From Psammoneis japonica (taxonomy: Eukaryota): a stretch of DNA of 64,000 bases. The notes under the pieces are model-generated. The model had not been told where the DNA came from and did not search any database. It saw nothing but the letters and a program-made list of their open reading frames with translations. The position numbers and the translations under genes are program-made. The stretch is from the NCBI GenBank assembly GCA_008632985.1, contig QPGO01000131.1:1-64000 (forward strand), given 5' to 3'. Shown piece by piece: positions 13,290 through 25,956 of the stretch (its first letter is position 1; every line of letters begins with the position of its first letter).

Positions 13290-15810
13290 TGTTGCAAGTT
13301 GCAAGTCTTTGTAGACACGGTGCTGTCTGTCACATGTCAAAGCTCTGTCAGCTCTAGCCACTGCAGAGACCTTGATCCCGCTGTTCTTGCAGCTGACTTC
13401 CTCCCAACAACATGTTTGCAAATCTGTCCAATGGCCATGCCTTTTTGTCTGAGACTTGACCATCAACAACTTCAACCACCCGCATGGTGCCATCCCGGCA
13501 CACAATTGCATTGACAGAATAAAATGGGGCATCAAGAAGAGAAGCAACTGATTCAACAACACCTGGCACTCTGATTGCTCATCTGGCGCGCACACTTTCT
13601 GGCCAAACACAAAACAGCGTTGCTCGGCATCGGGAACAAAGTCTTCAACCTTGCGCACTGCAATTCCGCCTTCAATGTCACCACAACACTTCGCGATCAG
13701 TTCAACGACTTCTGTGGCTTCGTCGACAGAACCAGCAATTGACCCACATCCACTGGTGTTTGACTTCACATGATCTTTGACAAAGTGCTGGCCCCAATCA
13801 AGCTTGGCTGCATTCTCCTTCAAAGAATTGTCATTGGGAAAGAATGCAGTCTCTGGAGTGTGGTCCTTGCAAAGCTCACACCATCCTGGCAGTGTGACAG
13901 CTGGTGCAGTCTGCGACACTCGTCAGCGCTTTGCCTCCTTTGGGCTCGATCTTTCGCACCATTCCTGCGCAGTCCTTGGGCGAAAGCATCCAACTGCAGT
14001 GCAGAAGCATCTCCACTGGCTGATTCTTGGCTTGGGTTTGAACTCAAAAGCCAATTCATCAAAGTCAAAGAGCAAGGCCTCTGCCCCTGCTTCCTTCAGG
14101 GCTTGGACAGGGACCCATGCAAAAATGCACACACTGGAGATGACAATCAATTTCTTGGCAGCAGGCACAGCAGCAGCTGTTGACACATGTTGGTGCTTTG
14201 GAGACATTCAGCTGACTTTTTGTTTTTGTTGCTGTTTTTGCAGCCCCCCCTTGCCCCTTCTGGCTGGGGTGCTTCAGATCACAAACAAGCACACAAAGTT
14301 CTGTTTCAACTGTTGCCAAGAGCCAAAAGAGATTTGTGATTGTGTGCATCATTGCATGTTCTTGCCCGCTGTGGTGCCTTGACTCTCTTGTGAGTTTCTT
14401 GGTCTTTCAAAAGTGACTTTGTTGTCTGACCACAATTTGACCAAAGGCACATCACAACAACAAGTGAGGGTCAAAGCAAGCAGCAAGTGAAGAACAGCAA
14501 CAACAAAAAATTTTCACTTGTTGCCACCAGCAGTCAAGTTGTTTTCTAAAAAGTTGGACAAACCTCCCATGCTTCTTGACACTGGCAGAGTGTGCTAACA
14601 TCAAATTTGAGAAAGGTGTGGGTTTTTGAGTTCCCTTTGCCTGTTGCCCAGCACCTGAGCAACAAGCTGTCACAGAAATGGAGTCAATTTGGAATTTTGC
14701 TTCATGTCCAACAACCACTCTTTGCTTGCCAATGAGCAGTGCACATGAGCTGCTGCAAAAATGACCTGCTCTTCAGCTGCTTTAGATTTGGAGGGACCTG
14801 GCAGTTTTCCCCTTGTTGGACAACACATGGAATGAAGTTGTTGAAAAGAGCTGCCTCGGAAGCTTTTCAAAAATGAAAAGGTTGGAGTTGACAAATTGTG
14901 AAGTGCACGCCAGTCGCCAGTGGATGTCTTTTCAATTTAATTGACAACAAAGGAAAGATGGCAGTTTGTGAAGGATTTGAAGTGAAACTGGAAATTGACC
15001 CAGATTTTATGTTGAGGCTTGTCAAGGGTCAAGCAGCTGGAACAATTGAAGGCAAGCAACCTGGCAAAGAAGGTGCGACAACCTGCCCAAGCATGTTTTG
15101 GGTGAGGGCATGACAAATTGTTGCAAGACACCTTTGTGTCATTTTGGTGTGGCGGTTCTTCCGCAACACTTGCAAGTTAGGGTCAGTGGCAAATTCATTG
15201 GTTGGGCACACACCAGAGAGCAACAGTCATGCCACGACTCTTGCACAACTTTCATGGCCCAATCTAATTTCAAAATTGGCACACATGCACTTTGGTGCAC
15301 ACAGTTTTGATGGGAAAGCAGAGTCCTCCCCACTGCCTCTGGCACCCAGTTGAAGAAAAAGTGTCCAATGTTGTTTGTGGAAACAAAAGTGGTTGCATGG
15401 AGCAACGTTGATCTTCCAGTGGCAGTGGCATCTGCAAATGAGGGAGAAGACAATGCTTGACCAGCAAGAAGGCTTTTGCCAAAAGTGTTGTGTTGAGCCA
15501 GTGAAAGGATGTTTGCCAGTTTGCTTTGAAAAAGGCTCATTCTTGGTGCATCTCTGGTGCTGTGAACATTTTTCATCTTGCTTGGGGAGCAGGGACCACC
15601 CTTCTTTTACTGCAAGGAGCAGCAGCTGGAATGCCAAGAGAGCTTGCAGAAATGTGCTCCAGATTGAGCCTTGCTCCCTAGCATCCTGTTTGTTCAGACA
15701 CTGGGCAGTGCGTTTTCTGCCGTTCTGGAGTGGAGAAGCAAAACCAGGCAGGAGAAGAACCAGGGCACAATGATCATTCACTGGACTTTTCTCCACCAAA
15801 TCAAACAAGG
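13290..15810. other. TpA-depleted, TpG/CpA-rich island of decayed sequence
   Basis: Only scattered TA dinucleotides over 2.5 kb versus several per line in the flanking genes; CpG is also low in 14000-15800. Confidence 0.85.
13354..14207 (-). pseudogene. Hypermutated pseudogene of a bacterial-type ATP-grasp (DUF4343-like) protein
   Basis: Reads LLHCSWMLSPKDCA...LTSVADCTSCH.LPGWCELCKDHTPET...LDWGQHFVKDHVKS...DIEGGIAVRKVEDFVPDAEQRCFV...FYSVNAIVCRDGTMRVVEVVDGQVSDKKAW. This matches the family pattern YRGWML...HxLPxWY...TPET...KDYVKS...EGG...RxVEDF...ExRYFV...ExGDGQVSD, with Y replaced by H/C. Confidence 0.75.
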
Positions 15811-15963
15811 ACAGAAGGGCTAGTAAAATGTAACAGGAACGGAACTTAATTCAACAAGCTTGTTGACTTAATAACCTGCAGCATTGTTCTCCCGAAAAGA
15901 GGAAGGTTGGTGCGGGGTTACAACATGACCATCATCTAAGCAAGTGCCAACACCCAAGTGCTC

Positions 15964-17307
15964 TTAGAGCGGGGAGTCACCAGCCTTGGTTTGATTGAGG
16001 AGCGCGGTAAGAGAGTCACGATACGCATCACACGCGTGGTCTCCAAGCATTGTCGTTTCCATGTACAATTGACGCATAACCTTCATCCCACCGTGCATGG
16101 CTCGTCCGCCAATGACAGATTTGTGAGCGCAGCTCTCCCATAGCGAGACGACCCGCCCGGGCACAAAAAGCTCGATTTCCTGCAGCTCTTCTTGGTTGTG
16201 CTCGTCTTTATCGATTTCAGCGTCAAGGAAGTCTGTTAGTTCTTCCGGCTCCATCAACAAATGTTCGTCGTACTTCATCAGATCAGCAAAGTAGGTACGA
16301 GCGGCCTTGAAACTGTCTGGGCTAAGGCCTTTTTCGTCGAGCTTGGAATCAATCTTCATGAAGAGTTTGTGCAACATGCGCAGATTCAACAAGGACATGC
16401 GAGGGACACAATCGGTATTGTTCACCACGGATGTAATGTAGGATTGACAATCCATGCTGGCTTGAAACGAGGCACAGGCCGGAGTTGCAAAAGCATAGAC
16501 TTGGAGGTCCAGCTTAGGGAGACGGTCCTTCAGGAAAATACCCAACAGAGATGATACTCCTGCACCCAACGAGTGACCACACACAACCAGCTTGTAATTC
16601 GTCGGAATGAAGAGATTAGTGATCATATGAAGGGTGTCTTCGAGCATCAAGTTTGCTGCATTCCACATTCCTTCGTGACAACGAATGGACGAATCGCACA
16701 GCTCGTGGGGAATGGCCTTACCAATTATATCGGTCAAGACATCACTCACTGTTGAAGTTCCCTTGATGGACAAGACGACCTCTTTGGATTCGTGATGAAC
16801 AGCGATGAAATGGCCGACTCTTCCAGGCTCTGGGAACGTATCGTGGCGAATCAAGAGGTAATCCAAGGGCCGCAACTTGTCACTCAATTCCAAAAGACTG
16901 TCTTCATATGCCCATTTGGCAAAGTTAACGTATTTGCAGAGCTCTTCGAGTTCCTCGACCTTCACTTTTTCACCTTCAGCTTGGAACCTTCTGTCCTTGA
17001 AGTCTGGGTACAGATTATCGATTTCGTTCTCCAAGTGAACCATGCTCATAAAGCTGGCATACAGCTTAAACCATGGCATGTCATCAGGAATTAAGTCTTC
17101 ACTCTTCTCGTAAGACAGTTGAATCATCTCTTTCATCTTGCTCCATATCACCGCGGGCGAGGCCAAATCCTCGGTGCCTTCCTCATCATCTGATCGCCGT
17201 TTCTTGATCCATTTCGGAGATTTCTTCCAAACCTTTCGCAAGATTACAACCGTTGCAATAACAATCACAACGGTTTTTGGTGTCACGGATGCGGAGAGTC
17301 GACTCAT
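15964..17307 (-). CDS. Class-3 lipase (DAG-lipase-like) with N-terminal membrane anchor
   Basis: Intact 447-aa ORF; VVLSIKGTSTVSDVLTD, CHEGM, VCGHSLGAGV (GxSxG), AFATP, VVNNTDCVPR, DHACDAY. Confidence 0.9.
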   Translation of the reverse strand: MSRLSASVTPKTVVIVIATVVILRKVWKKSPKWIKKRRSDDEEGTEDLASPAVIWSKMKEMIQLSYEKSEDLIPDDMPWFKLYASFMSMVHLENEIDNLYPDFKDRRFQAEGEKVKVEELEELCKYVNFAKWAYEDSLLELSDKLRPLDYLLIRHDTFPEPGRVGHFIAVHHESKEVVLSIKGTSTVSDVLTDIIGKAIPHELCDSSIRCHEGMWNAANLMLEDTLHMITNLFIPTNYKLVVCGHSLGAGVSSLLGIFLKDRLPKLDLQVYAFATPACASFQASMDCQSYITSVVNNTDCVPRMSLLNLRMLHKLFMKIDSKLDEKGLSPDSFKAARTYFADLMKYDEHLLMEPEELTDFLDAEIDKDEHNQEELQEIELFVPGRVVSLWESCAHKSVIGGRAMHGGMKVMRQLYMETTMLGDHACDAYRDSLTALLNQTKAGDSPL

Positions 17308-18440
17308 GTTGACACAACAAAGTCAAGTCGCAACAGGCACGATACTATTCTTCGTCGATAGAGAGAATAGAAGGTTCCAAGGTGACGAATGCGTCGATCG
17401 CATTTTTCCGCAGTCGATCGCGATCTTTCCTCGTTGGACGTGCGCGGTCGCCGGATCTTCCGCGCGAGAGCTGCTTGTGGGTCGCGCGAAAAGATTCAAG
17501 ACGTTCGTCGATCGTCGAAGGTACAGTACTTCTATCTCTACTACATAGAGCTAGAGAGAGGAGTCTCTCTTGAAAGCCTTCTTGCCTCATCCTTTATGCA
17601 GAAGCACATTAGAAAATGAATAGGGCGCCTCTACTTTCGAGGAGAGCCGGCTACGGACAAATGATTCTACCTGAGATCTAGCATTGCAGTGTCGTCCAAG
17701 AGGAGATGTGGCTCGTGCATGAAGTGATCACGTGTTTCGGCATTTCTTGATCTTCATCTGTTGCCAGTTTTTTCAACTCACTTTGCGCTCACAGTGGTGA
17801 CTGTACAAGAAGCAAGAGAGCAGGAATTGTCTCTCCGGCATGCTTCTCCTCGCCCTGTCATCAATTCCACAGTTGTGCTGTGCTGGTCGAGTTCTGGGAG
17901 CATTTCCGCCTTTTCGACCGTGGTTGCTAAATAGCTGTCAATAACACAGGCACAACATCTCAGCACGCGCTTTCGTCGCTGCCATCGTCTTTAATTCTGC
18001 CAATCTATGGCTCCATCCTTTCTACCTCGGCAAGCTCATGGAAGAAGGCAGGACGCTTTTCGCATCGGCATTAGATCCTCGCTGAAACAGTTTCCGCCTT
18101 TCAGTAGGTTGCTTCCTCCTTACTTTTATTTGAGCGACACAAGAACCACAAACGACTTACACGTTCCTCAACCTGAACCAGCTCAAAGAAATGCCAGGTC
18201 CCAAACTTCAGTCGCCCTCTTATCTATCCAACAGGACAGGTATCGTGTACTCATGACTGTAAATGAAAACAAGAGGTTTCGAGGGCAGTAGCTTCAAGAT
18301 GCGGTGCATTGCAACGCTGCGTCAAATGCGCTGTAGCAGAGTGTCCAGTTTCCACTAAGCCCTGGTGGGCAGAGGAGTAAATGCCATGGTCGTTGCCCCC
18401 TTTTGTTTTGCGCTCAATATATTGTAATATTGAATACTTC

Positions 18441-19765
18441 TCACGAACAGTGCGTGTTGGAGAATCCAAGGTAGTGTCGAACGCTAACATCCACTGCGTA
18501 GAGCCGGCAAACGTCTTGAATCAATTTATGATGCGCTGTCTTTTCCTCCATTCGGAGGTCGTCCATATCTTGCACAAGCTCCGTAGTCTCGTTGTCATTG
18601 CCCTTGCTCTTCCGTTGATTTTGGCGTATCGGATCGCGCACCCCAAAGGTGGATGCAACACGATTTAAACTGGACAAGTCAAAAACTGCTAATTCGATAT
18701 CGAAATTTCCAAGTGGGCGAGTAAGAAAGACTGCGGATGGAATTAAATGCTCGTTCCAAAACCCGTGTTCCTTCAAAGTTTCAACGATACATTGAACAAC
18801 TGAAGCAGCGATATCTCGTTTGTTTCTATTTCCGAATGCGCCGTAGTAAGGCATGGTTCCAAATACTCGTTGCACCCTTGACATCGACGCGTGCGTCTCA
18901 TGGAAATGAGCTGTCCGAGCGAAGACAGGAAACGGGAAACTGGGTCTCGAATAACAGCATACACAACATCCTTCTTCTGACGAAGGCTTCGCTGCTCCTC
19001 TTGTCGAGATTTCAATTCGCTGAGATAGTCTTGAGTGACCGATCCAACACGTCTCTTTCTATTTCTTGGATTCTTGGGTGGTGTCAAGTAATCTAGAAAG
19101 AGCTGCCATTGGGTTCTCGAGCCAGTCTTGGGAATCGTAAATGCTGTAACACTTTCAACATCTGTCACACGCGAAGTATATGGGAGTTGCAAAGGCGTAG
19201 TGGCATCCGACAACCAATTATTCACTTGCCACGACCAAGAATCAAACTTTACACTTGGATAGTCAGCTGCTATAACTTGCTGAAATTCAAATCCTGGCTG
19301 CTGACTTTGAAAGAACTTTACCGGACGAAAGTACGAGCAACATGAATGGTTGCTAATGTTCGTGCTATCCATAGCGGCTGTTTTCGAATCTATGATTCGA
19401 CAAGATTCAAACACGTTCTCGGATTCGTTGAAAACCATGTCGTGTTGAGTAGAATCAGGCTCGCTTAGCACATTCGTTTCTTCTCGCTCGAGTAACTTCT
19501 GGTGTTTCATGAAATGCAAGGTTTTGAACCACAACAAACTGACAATCAACAAAAAGAAAATCAACCGAGCAATCCAATAGCCTCTCATAGGATGGCTCTC
19601 AGATATATCAGTATCATCACGACTTAAGCTCTCTTGCGCACCTGCTTGCAAAGACAACAATGATTCTTCCTCATCCTTGCGTGAGGAGTCTTGCCCGCGC
19701 CCACCACGCGGTGCATCTGTGTGCTTATTTTCCTTGCGCAAATGGCTAGTTCTTCTACGTTTCAT
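18441..19765 (-). CDS. Type II membrane sulfotransferase-family-2-like protein, frameshift near 18800
   Basis: TM helix LIFFLLIVSLLWF; 5'-PAPS-like IPKTGS and 3'-PB-like VIRDPVSRFLS; continues in ORF 18441-18884 (NEHLIPS...LYAVDV). Confidence 0.6.
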
Positions 19766-20093
19766 GATGTGATCAACAGACACAAGGTTTCAGGCTTATA
19801 GCTTAGAAGGTGGGGAGCGCCAAGGAGTGGTGCTTGTGTGTTGTGGGCAAACGCCATGGTGACAGCGGTGGATTATTTTTTCTGCGATCTCCGGTCTTCG
19901 ATCTTCTCATTCTGTTCTGTTTCCGTTCAGGCTAATGTGCTTTTCCGTCTTCAGCACTTTTCGATTTCGCTCGCTCGCTCGCTCGTTTAAATTTCAAAAA
20001 GAGTTGTACGTTTGTCATTTTCACACAGGGAAAAGCAAAAAAGCAGAAAAGCGCAAGTCAAAGCACACAAAAACAAGAAAACGATTCAGCGCC

Positions 20094-21839
20094 ATGATAC
20101 AGCCGGCTGGGGCCGTCGCACAGAGTGTTGGGAATGGACAAGGAGTAATCGCCTTGTTGGATCTCCCAATCAGGAGCAGTATAAGCCTGAATGGGCATTC
20201 AATAGTTCTCCAACGAGATGATTTTGTTGCTATCGACGAAATACCTTTGCCCTCTTGTGATGGTGGTGGAGATAAAACATCGTGCTTTTACTTGGTCACG
20301 ATTCGTCCGGGGCAGAAAGAGGAGAAGGCTTCATCCATGGGAATAACAACGGGTTTTGTGATTGTAAGAAATGGGTTAACTTTACACAATGGCTATTGCA
20401 TGCTGCTGGCAAGAAGGTTTGATTCGCAAACAGAAGAGGTTTCTTCTCTCCCCCTTGACGACGCGTCCGCATCGAACTTGCTCGAGACCATAGCATCCAA
20501 TCGCATGGAACAGCAGAGAATCGTGTCGTACAATAACATTATGAAGAGCTCAGTACAATCAAATAATTACGATTGGGTACACCAGACCAATTTCGTTTCA
20601 CCAGAGCTGCTAAAGAGCAGAGGGCTTTCATCCGGAGACAAGGTTGTTCCTGGGACATTTGAGATGGACAGTGATACTGAATTGAAATCACCAAAAGAGA
20701 ACAATAACTCAAAGCCACGCGAGGCTACTGTAGTGGATGGAATATCAGTAAACTATCCCCCGGTTCCCGTTTTCTTGGACTCGCATGCTTTGAGAACAAC
20801 TCGGCATGACGGGACCAGACGATACTTGTCGGCACTGGCGCCAAGCGAGAAGACTGCACTCTTTGTCGGCAGCACACCACCCGCCAACCTCGTCTTGGAG
20901 CGTTTGTTAAAGGTCTACTTCAATGACGACTGGAAGAGCATACTGGGAGACCTGCAATTGTCCTTTGTGTTGTTTGTGTACCTGCAGTGTTTGTCTTCGA
21001 TGGAGCATTGGTACGTATCCTGTAGTGACAAGCCTTGTAGATTCAATTTCTGCGGCTTAAAGCTTTACTCATTCGTGCCGTATTCTTCTCTTACGCTGTT
21101 GATAGGAGAGATTTGATAGCCATGCTGTCGTGTGTACAGCTTGATCCTTCGTCAGTCACTGAATGGCAGTTGGCATTGTATGGGGAGCTCCTGGCGTTGT
21201 TGTGTGTTCAAATGTCGTTTATAGAGCAAGACTTATTTGAGGTACGCGCTTAGTATATGGTTGATTTCTCTCGATTAAATGTATGACAAGCTTTGCCTCA
21301 CAGTCCTCCTTCGTTTTTGGTATTCGCTCTGGCAACCATAGGACATTGAATTGTCGGGCGACAACTTCTTCGTGCCCGCATTGCGCCGTTTGATTGATTT
21401 ATGCTCTCGTGTTTCGGACAAGGATGATAAATTGAAAAAGAGTGTTGATGATTTGTCAGTAGCCATATCCAATAAATTTCCAGTCGAGTTGTTACCTGAT
21501 GAGACGCCGTTGTCCGACCCTGACAGTTTGTCAGCATCGAGAAGAATAGACGCGGACACGGAAATGGAGGATGCAGAAGCGTTCTCGGACGACGAGGATG
21601 GGCCAGTCATTGTAGCTAGTGAAGAAGTGGAGGCAGCCATGGCTCGTCCTCAGCCACCAGTTACGAATAAGCTTTTGTATCCTGCAGAACACGTCGAGTC
21701 GTATCCATTGCTTTTTGCATCTCTCGCACCCCGAGAAGATGTCCTCATGGCTTGTGCTCGCATTCTAGACGAAGCTAATGATGTTACGTTGGTACGACAA
21801 GCTGCCGCTTATCTAGAAGAGGTGGAAGCCAATAAGTAA
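20094..21839 (+). CDS. AAR2: AAR2-like U5 snRNP assembly factor; introns about 21011-21105 and 21242-21341
   Basis: LLDLP N-terminus, RRFDSQTEE, ILGDLQLSFVLFVYLQCLSSMEHW, DNFF, DDEDGPVIV; splice sites visible. Confidence 0.7.
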
Positions 21840-21967
21840 ATTGATGAATAATAGAAACTAGAGTTGATGAAAAGAAAGTCTACCGTATGAAAGTAGCCGG
21901 ACATGCCGCTTCCACTTACTGTATTGTTTCGGCCGAGAAGAGACTGGATTTTCAATTTCATCCCATT

Positions 21968-23146
21968 TTATGGCGCTGCACCAAAAATCTCTTGCTTGGT
22001 CCCCTGGATAGCCTCGTTGGCAAGTTCGCTCGTGGCAAGGTCGACAACTTGACGACACGCTTTTTCAAGCCCCTTGGTAGCTTCGTTGCTTTCCGTGGAC
22101 GCCGCGCTCGAGGTTGTCGATGCCTGTTTGACATACATGGGATTGTTGCCGCCTTTGGCAGCCGCCCCAACCTTGGCAGTGGCAGACGTAGCAGTCGCAC
22201 TCGTGAGCCCCCCATACATGGATCCAGGCTTGCTGCTCGCCCAAGCAGACAAGTCCGTGGTTTTGATTTTGGCAGTGGCCTCGGCTAATCCACTGTTCAA
22301 GTCTTGCTCCTTGCCAGAAGCCGAGCCTCCCAAGGTTCGAATCCACAAGTAATCTTGGGTCAGCTGCTCCATGACCATTCGAGCACTGGCACTCATGTAG
22401 TATTCCATACGCAACTCATAATAACGATTCCAACAAGATCCCCACTTTTCGAGTCGCAGCTGTTCCGACGTAACCACGCTGCCATCGGGACACTCGTTTG
22501 CCACGGGCGACGTGTAATCGGGCGGATAAGCCCGAAAGGCCTTGAGATGAGGAGTCGACTTGGCGAGCGATCGGAGCGGATCCATGACAATGGCAACAAA
22601 AGGATTCCCGTGAGGGTCTTCGGCGCGCTGCCACTGAAGTTGCGTGCTCAAATCCGTTTGGGATAAAAAGCAATGAGAATGCTGTCCGACTTCAAAAGGA
22701 TGAGAGTGGTACCATCCCATGAATTTCTCTTTGCGGCTCTTTTCTAGACACTCGCCCAGCGCAATCATGTGATTGACGACATTCTCGTCATCGGCAATGA
22801 CTCGTGTTTCAAACCCTTCGATTGGTAAAGGAAACGCGTCCGTGACGATGAGCGTTTTGGGAGTGTCTGGATCAGGTCGCCCCAACAGCATACCCATGAC
22901 TTCAATGGGATTTCCGTTTCCCTGCTTGATTCCCTTTTCAACGCCAGAGTGGCAGTGCATCATGATTTTCGTCAGAGCCGACGGAGAGAGCGCGACCTTG
23001 TCAAAGTACTTGGCCTCGTTGTTCCACGGGCAGTTCTTGCGCAATTCGTTCAGCTTGGATTCGTCGAATGTGTACCGGGCATTTGCGACATTTTCTGTCT
23101 GCTGAGGCTGTTCACTAGAGGGACCAGAGACTTCTGGGGCTGACAT
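21968..23146 (-). CDS. CSN5: COP9 signalosome subunit 5 (JAMM/MPN+ deneddylase)
   Basis: Intact 392-aa ORF; EVMGML, DAFPLPIEGFETRV, GWYHSHP...LSQTD JAMM motif, AIVMDPLRS, AFRAYP. Confidence 0.92.
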   Translation of the reverse strand: MSAPEVSGPSSEQPQQTENVANARYTFDESKLNELRKNCPWNNEAKYFDKVALSPSALTKIMMHCHSGVEKGIKQGNGNPIEVMGMLLGRPDPDTPKTLIVTDAFPLPIEGFETRVIADDENVVNHMIALGECLEKSRKEKFMGWYHSHPFEVGQHSHCFLSQTDLSTQLQWQRAEDPHGNPFVAIVMDPLRSLAKSTPHLKAFRAYPPDYTSPVANECPDGSVVTSEQLRLEKWGSCWNRYYELRMEYYMSASARMVMEQLTQDYLWIRTLGGSASGKEQDLNSGLAEATAKIKTTDLSAWASSKPGSMYGGLTSATATSATAKVGAAAKGGNNPMYVKQASTTSSAASTESNEATKGLEKACRQVVDLATSELANEAIQGTKQEIFGAAP

Positions 23147-23384
23147 GATGATGATGATACTGTGGTATGGTCGATAGAACTAGCTCAGTGGTTGTCGGCA
23201 ACAGCAGCAACAGCGAGTGAACAATAAAATAACTTCCAACTTCATGAGATATAGCGAGTCCCGAATACGAGTCCCGAATACTTTACCAAAATGTTGGTGG
23301 TTTGGTTCATTCGGGATTCGCTTGAACGAACTGATTTTGACATGACGACACCTGCCTCATTCTCACTGTTGTCAACCGATTGAC

Positions 23385-24621
23385 TCTATGGCTCCAACCT
23401 CCCATAGAAACCATTTATATGAAAATGTTTGGCATTAAAATGTGCACATTTTTTTGAGTTTGCATGGCACGCATGATCTTGCCTTGCTTGGAGCTTGGAC
23501 CATCAACCCTGACGCTGACTTTTTTGTTGCAGGAGCGCTTTGTTGCAACAAAAAACATCAGAGAATGATGGGAAACAATCACGGATCCAGAACCGCTGGA
23601 AGCCTTCAAAAAATAATTTGTGTGCTTGTCATTGACTCACAGATGGACCATCACAAAAAAAAAATTCTCAGCGGGGTGACAACGACGAGATCTGTGGCGC
23701 TCTTTTTGACACATCAAATGACCCCTGCTTGCATGCACAAAAATTAATGGATGGTTGATTGAAACCCACGCAGGATTGAAGGGCACATGGCTTTATGTCA
23801 TCAAAGCATTGAGGTCATCACAGAAGTGAAAACAAAAAATGAGCTGCTGTTGTTGCTGTTTTGTGCAGCTGACCAGCTCACTTCTCTTCTCAGCGTGCCA
23901 TCATTGCTTTGCCAGCACCACTTGAATCTGACTTGGGTCAAAGCACAACTGAGTCAGAAGACAGAGCAAACAGGAGTGTGAGGAGGAGCAATGATGACAC
24001 CGCTGCTTTTGTTCCTGAGCGGCATTTTGGGAATTGGCATGAGTGAGTGCTGCCAACACTGCACTTTTTGTTGAGAGCCCACCATTTGCTGTTGTGTTTG
24101 AAAGAAGAAAACTCACACATTTTGTTCTCACCCACACACTGCATTGCATGGTGGACTCTTGTTTTGTGGACGAGATGAAACAGCCCCACCCCTCCTGTCA
24201 ACCAGCCGGCCTTTTTTGGCACAACAGTCCAAGCGGCGCTGCTGATGGCAAATGAAAAAGACACCCCAACCAAGCTTGGAGTGTTTCAGAGTGGGGTTGG
24301 CAACAAAATGCTCCAGTCGAGTGTCACAAAAGAGGAAACATTCGATGACACACACACAGCAGCACCTCTGCAAAGGGCCCAACAGAGAGGATGCTGTGGC
24401 AAGTGTGGCTGATGTGATCACAAGATTGCAATCAGAGCACTCTCAAGGGGTGCAGATTCTTGATTTCAGGTTTTGGAAAACAGAACTTCAAGGCCTGCAA
24501 GGACACCCTTTGTCTTTTTCAGAAGTGGAGCCAGCGGCAGAGAACATTGGGGTAAAGCAGCGTGCCAAAACATGCTTGCAGATAAAAGAGGATGATTAAT
24601 GGGAGGGTTGGAACCCACAGA
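23385..24621. mobile_element. Putative non-autonomous TIR element with TpA-depleted interior
   Basis: Left tctatggctccaacctcccat (23385-23405) vs reverse complement of right end tctgtgggttccaaccctcccat (24599-24621); interior 23430-24590 nearly TA-free. Confidence 0.45.
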
Positions 24622-24909
24622 CACGTTGTTGATAATCTGACTTTCGTGCATTGACCATGATGCAAGGTGGGATTGTAGCAAGGTTCTGGAGCGCACGTCT
24701 CGGCTTTCTGTCACGTCCCAAGTCCCAAGAATCGCCAGTGGGCATGCGAAGCTTCTTCAATTACTAATCTGGATCGTAGAACGGGCCGATGGACAGCAGA
24801 AACCTATTCCCAAATCATGAAACTAACAAACGAGTAATGATCACTATCTCTTACGCACTACGTGTTCATTGGACGACATTGGACATGCATTTCATACAGT
24901 GCTGTATAC

Positions 24910-25675
24910 TCACTCCGCCTTTTCTTTAGCAATGCGACGTCCTGCCAGACCAAGAGAAAGAAGAGACGAACCCACTGAGATTTGGTGGATTCCAAAAATC
25001 ACGCCGACAATGAATAGGGAATAGACTGCAACATTCAGCAGCACCATCACGCCCGCACCAATGGCAGCAAGGCCACTGAAGAGAACCGACCCCCAACCAG
25101 GCAAGTCACGGTTGCGCCATGCGATAGCAATCCGGTGCAAGCCATCTCCGACGCACATGCAGGCAATGTAGAATGTAACGAAAAGCATCACTTCATCATC
25201 AAAGTACTGTAACAGATAGGCAAAGTAAACTTGCGCGAGACCCAACAAGAAGGATGGGATCTTGAAGCCCTTTTCGGCAAAAAAGAGTCCGACAATGTTG
25301 GCGCACCCGACAAACAGCAACGAAATGCTAATGTACCATTCCACAAACTCGCTAGCCAAAATGGGAGCAGACAGGGACAGGATTCCTCCAAGGAGCTTGA
25401 TGATGCCAAAGGCAAGCAGCCACTTGTAGTTGGTGGTAATCTCTCGATCCGCCTCTTTCACATCAATCAACACGAAAAGCATGCTTTCGGCGCCTTCTTG
25501 GGCGAGACTCGGCCTTTTTGATTCGGTAGTCTGGCACAAAGAAGACAAAACGTGAACAGAAATCCCAGTAAGTAAGTTTACCGAGTCGGGTTTCTCGGAG
25601 AACGGAGAAGTCCACAACACCAGATTTTCCAAATCTGCATGAGCCCGCTTTGGCTGCGCATGTACGTACCGACAT
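24910..25675 (-). CDS. HdeD/DUF308-family multi-pass membrane protein
   Basis: WLLAFGIIKLLGGILSLSAP...GDGLHRIAIAWRNRDLPGWGSVLFSG...VGVIFGIHQISVG; about 6 TM helices; probable short intron about 25531-25581; start uncertain. Confidence 0.7.
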
Positions 25676-25956
25676 TTTTGAGTGATACAAATCTTGAAAG
25701 GAAGGGAAAAGGAGTAACAGCAGCTCTTATTTTTCTCTTAGCGATGCAATGGGCGCCAGTTTTCGTGTTCCTTCTCGTCAATACCGTTTGTTGTCACTTC
25801 ACCAGATGGTCAATAGCAGAAGCGGGGCGAGGAAAAGATTTGGTGCAAGCTGTAACACTTTAGACGCTATCATATGTTCAACCTAAGATCTATAGATAAT
25901 CATAAATAGCGCTATCAATTTTTGTGTACTGGTCGGCGGCATGTTTCTGTCGATTC

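Noticed and set aside
13270..13330. CTAG at island edges as Helitron 3' ends
   Set aside because: No convincing GC-rich subterminal hairpin or Rep/helicase remnant; CTAG is common in local intergenic DNA.
23256..23281. 13-bp tandem duplication GAGTCCCGAATAC upstream of CSN5
   Set aside because: Only two copies with no further structure; cannot be distinguished from slippage or an excision footprint.
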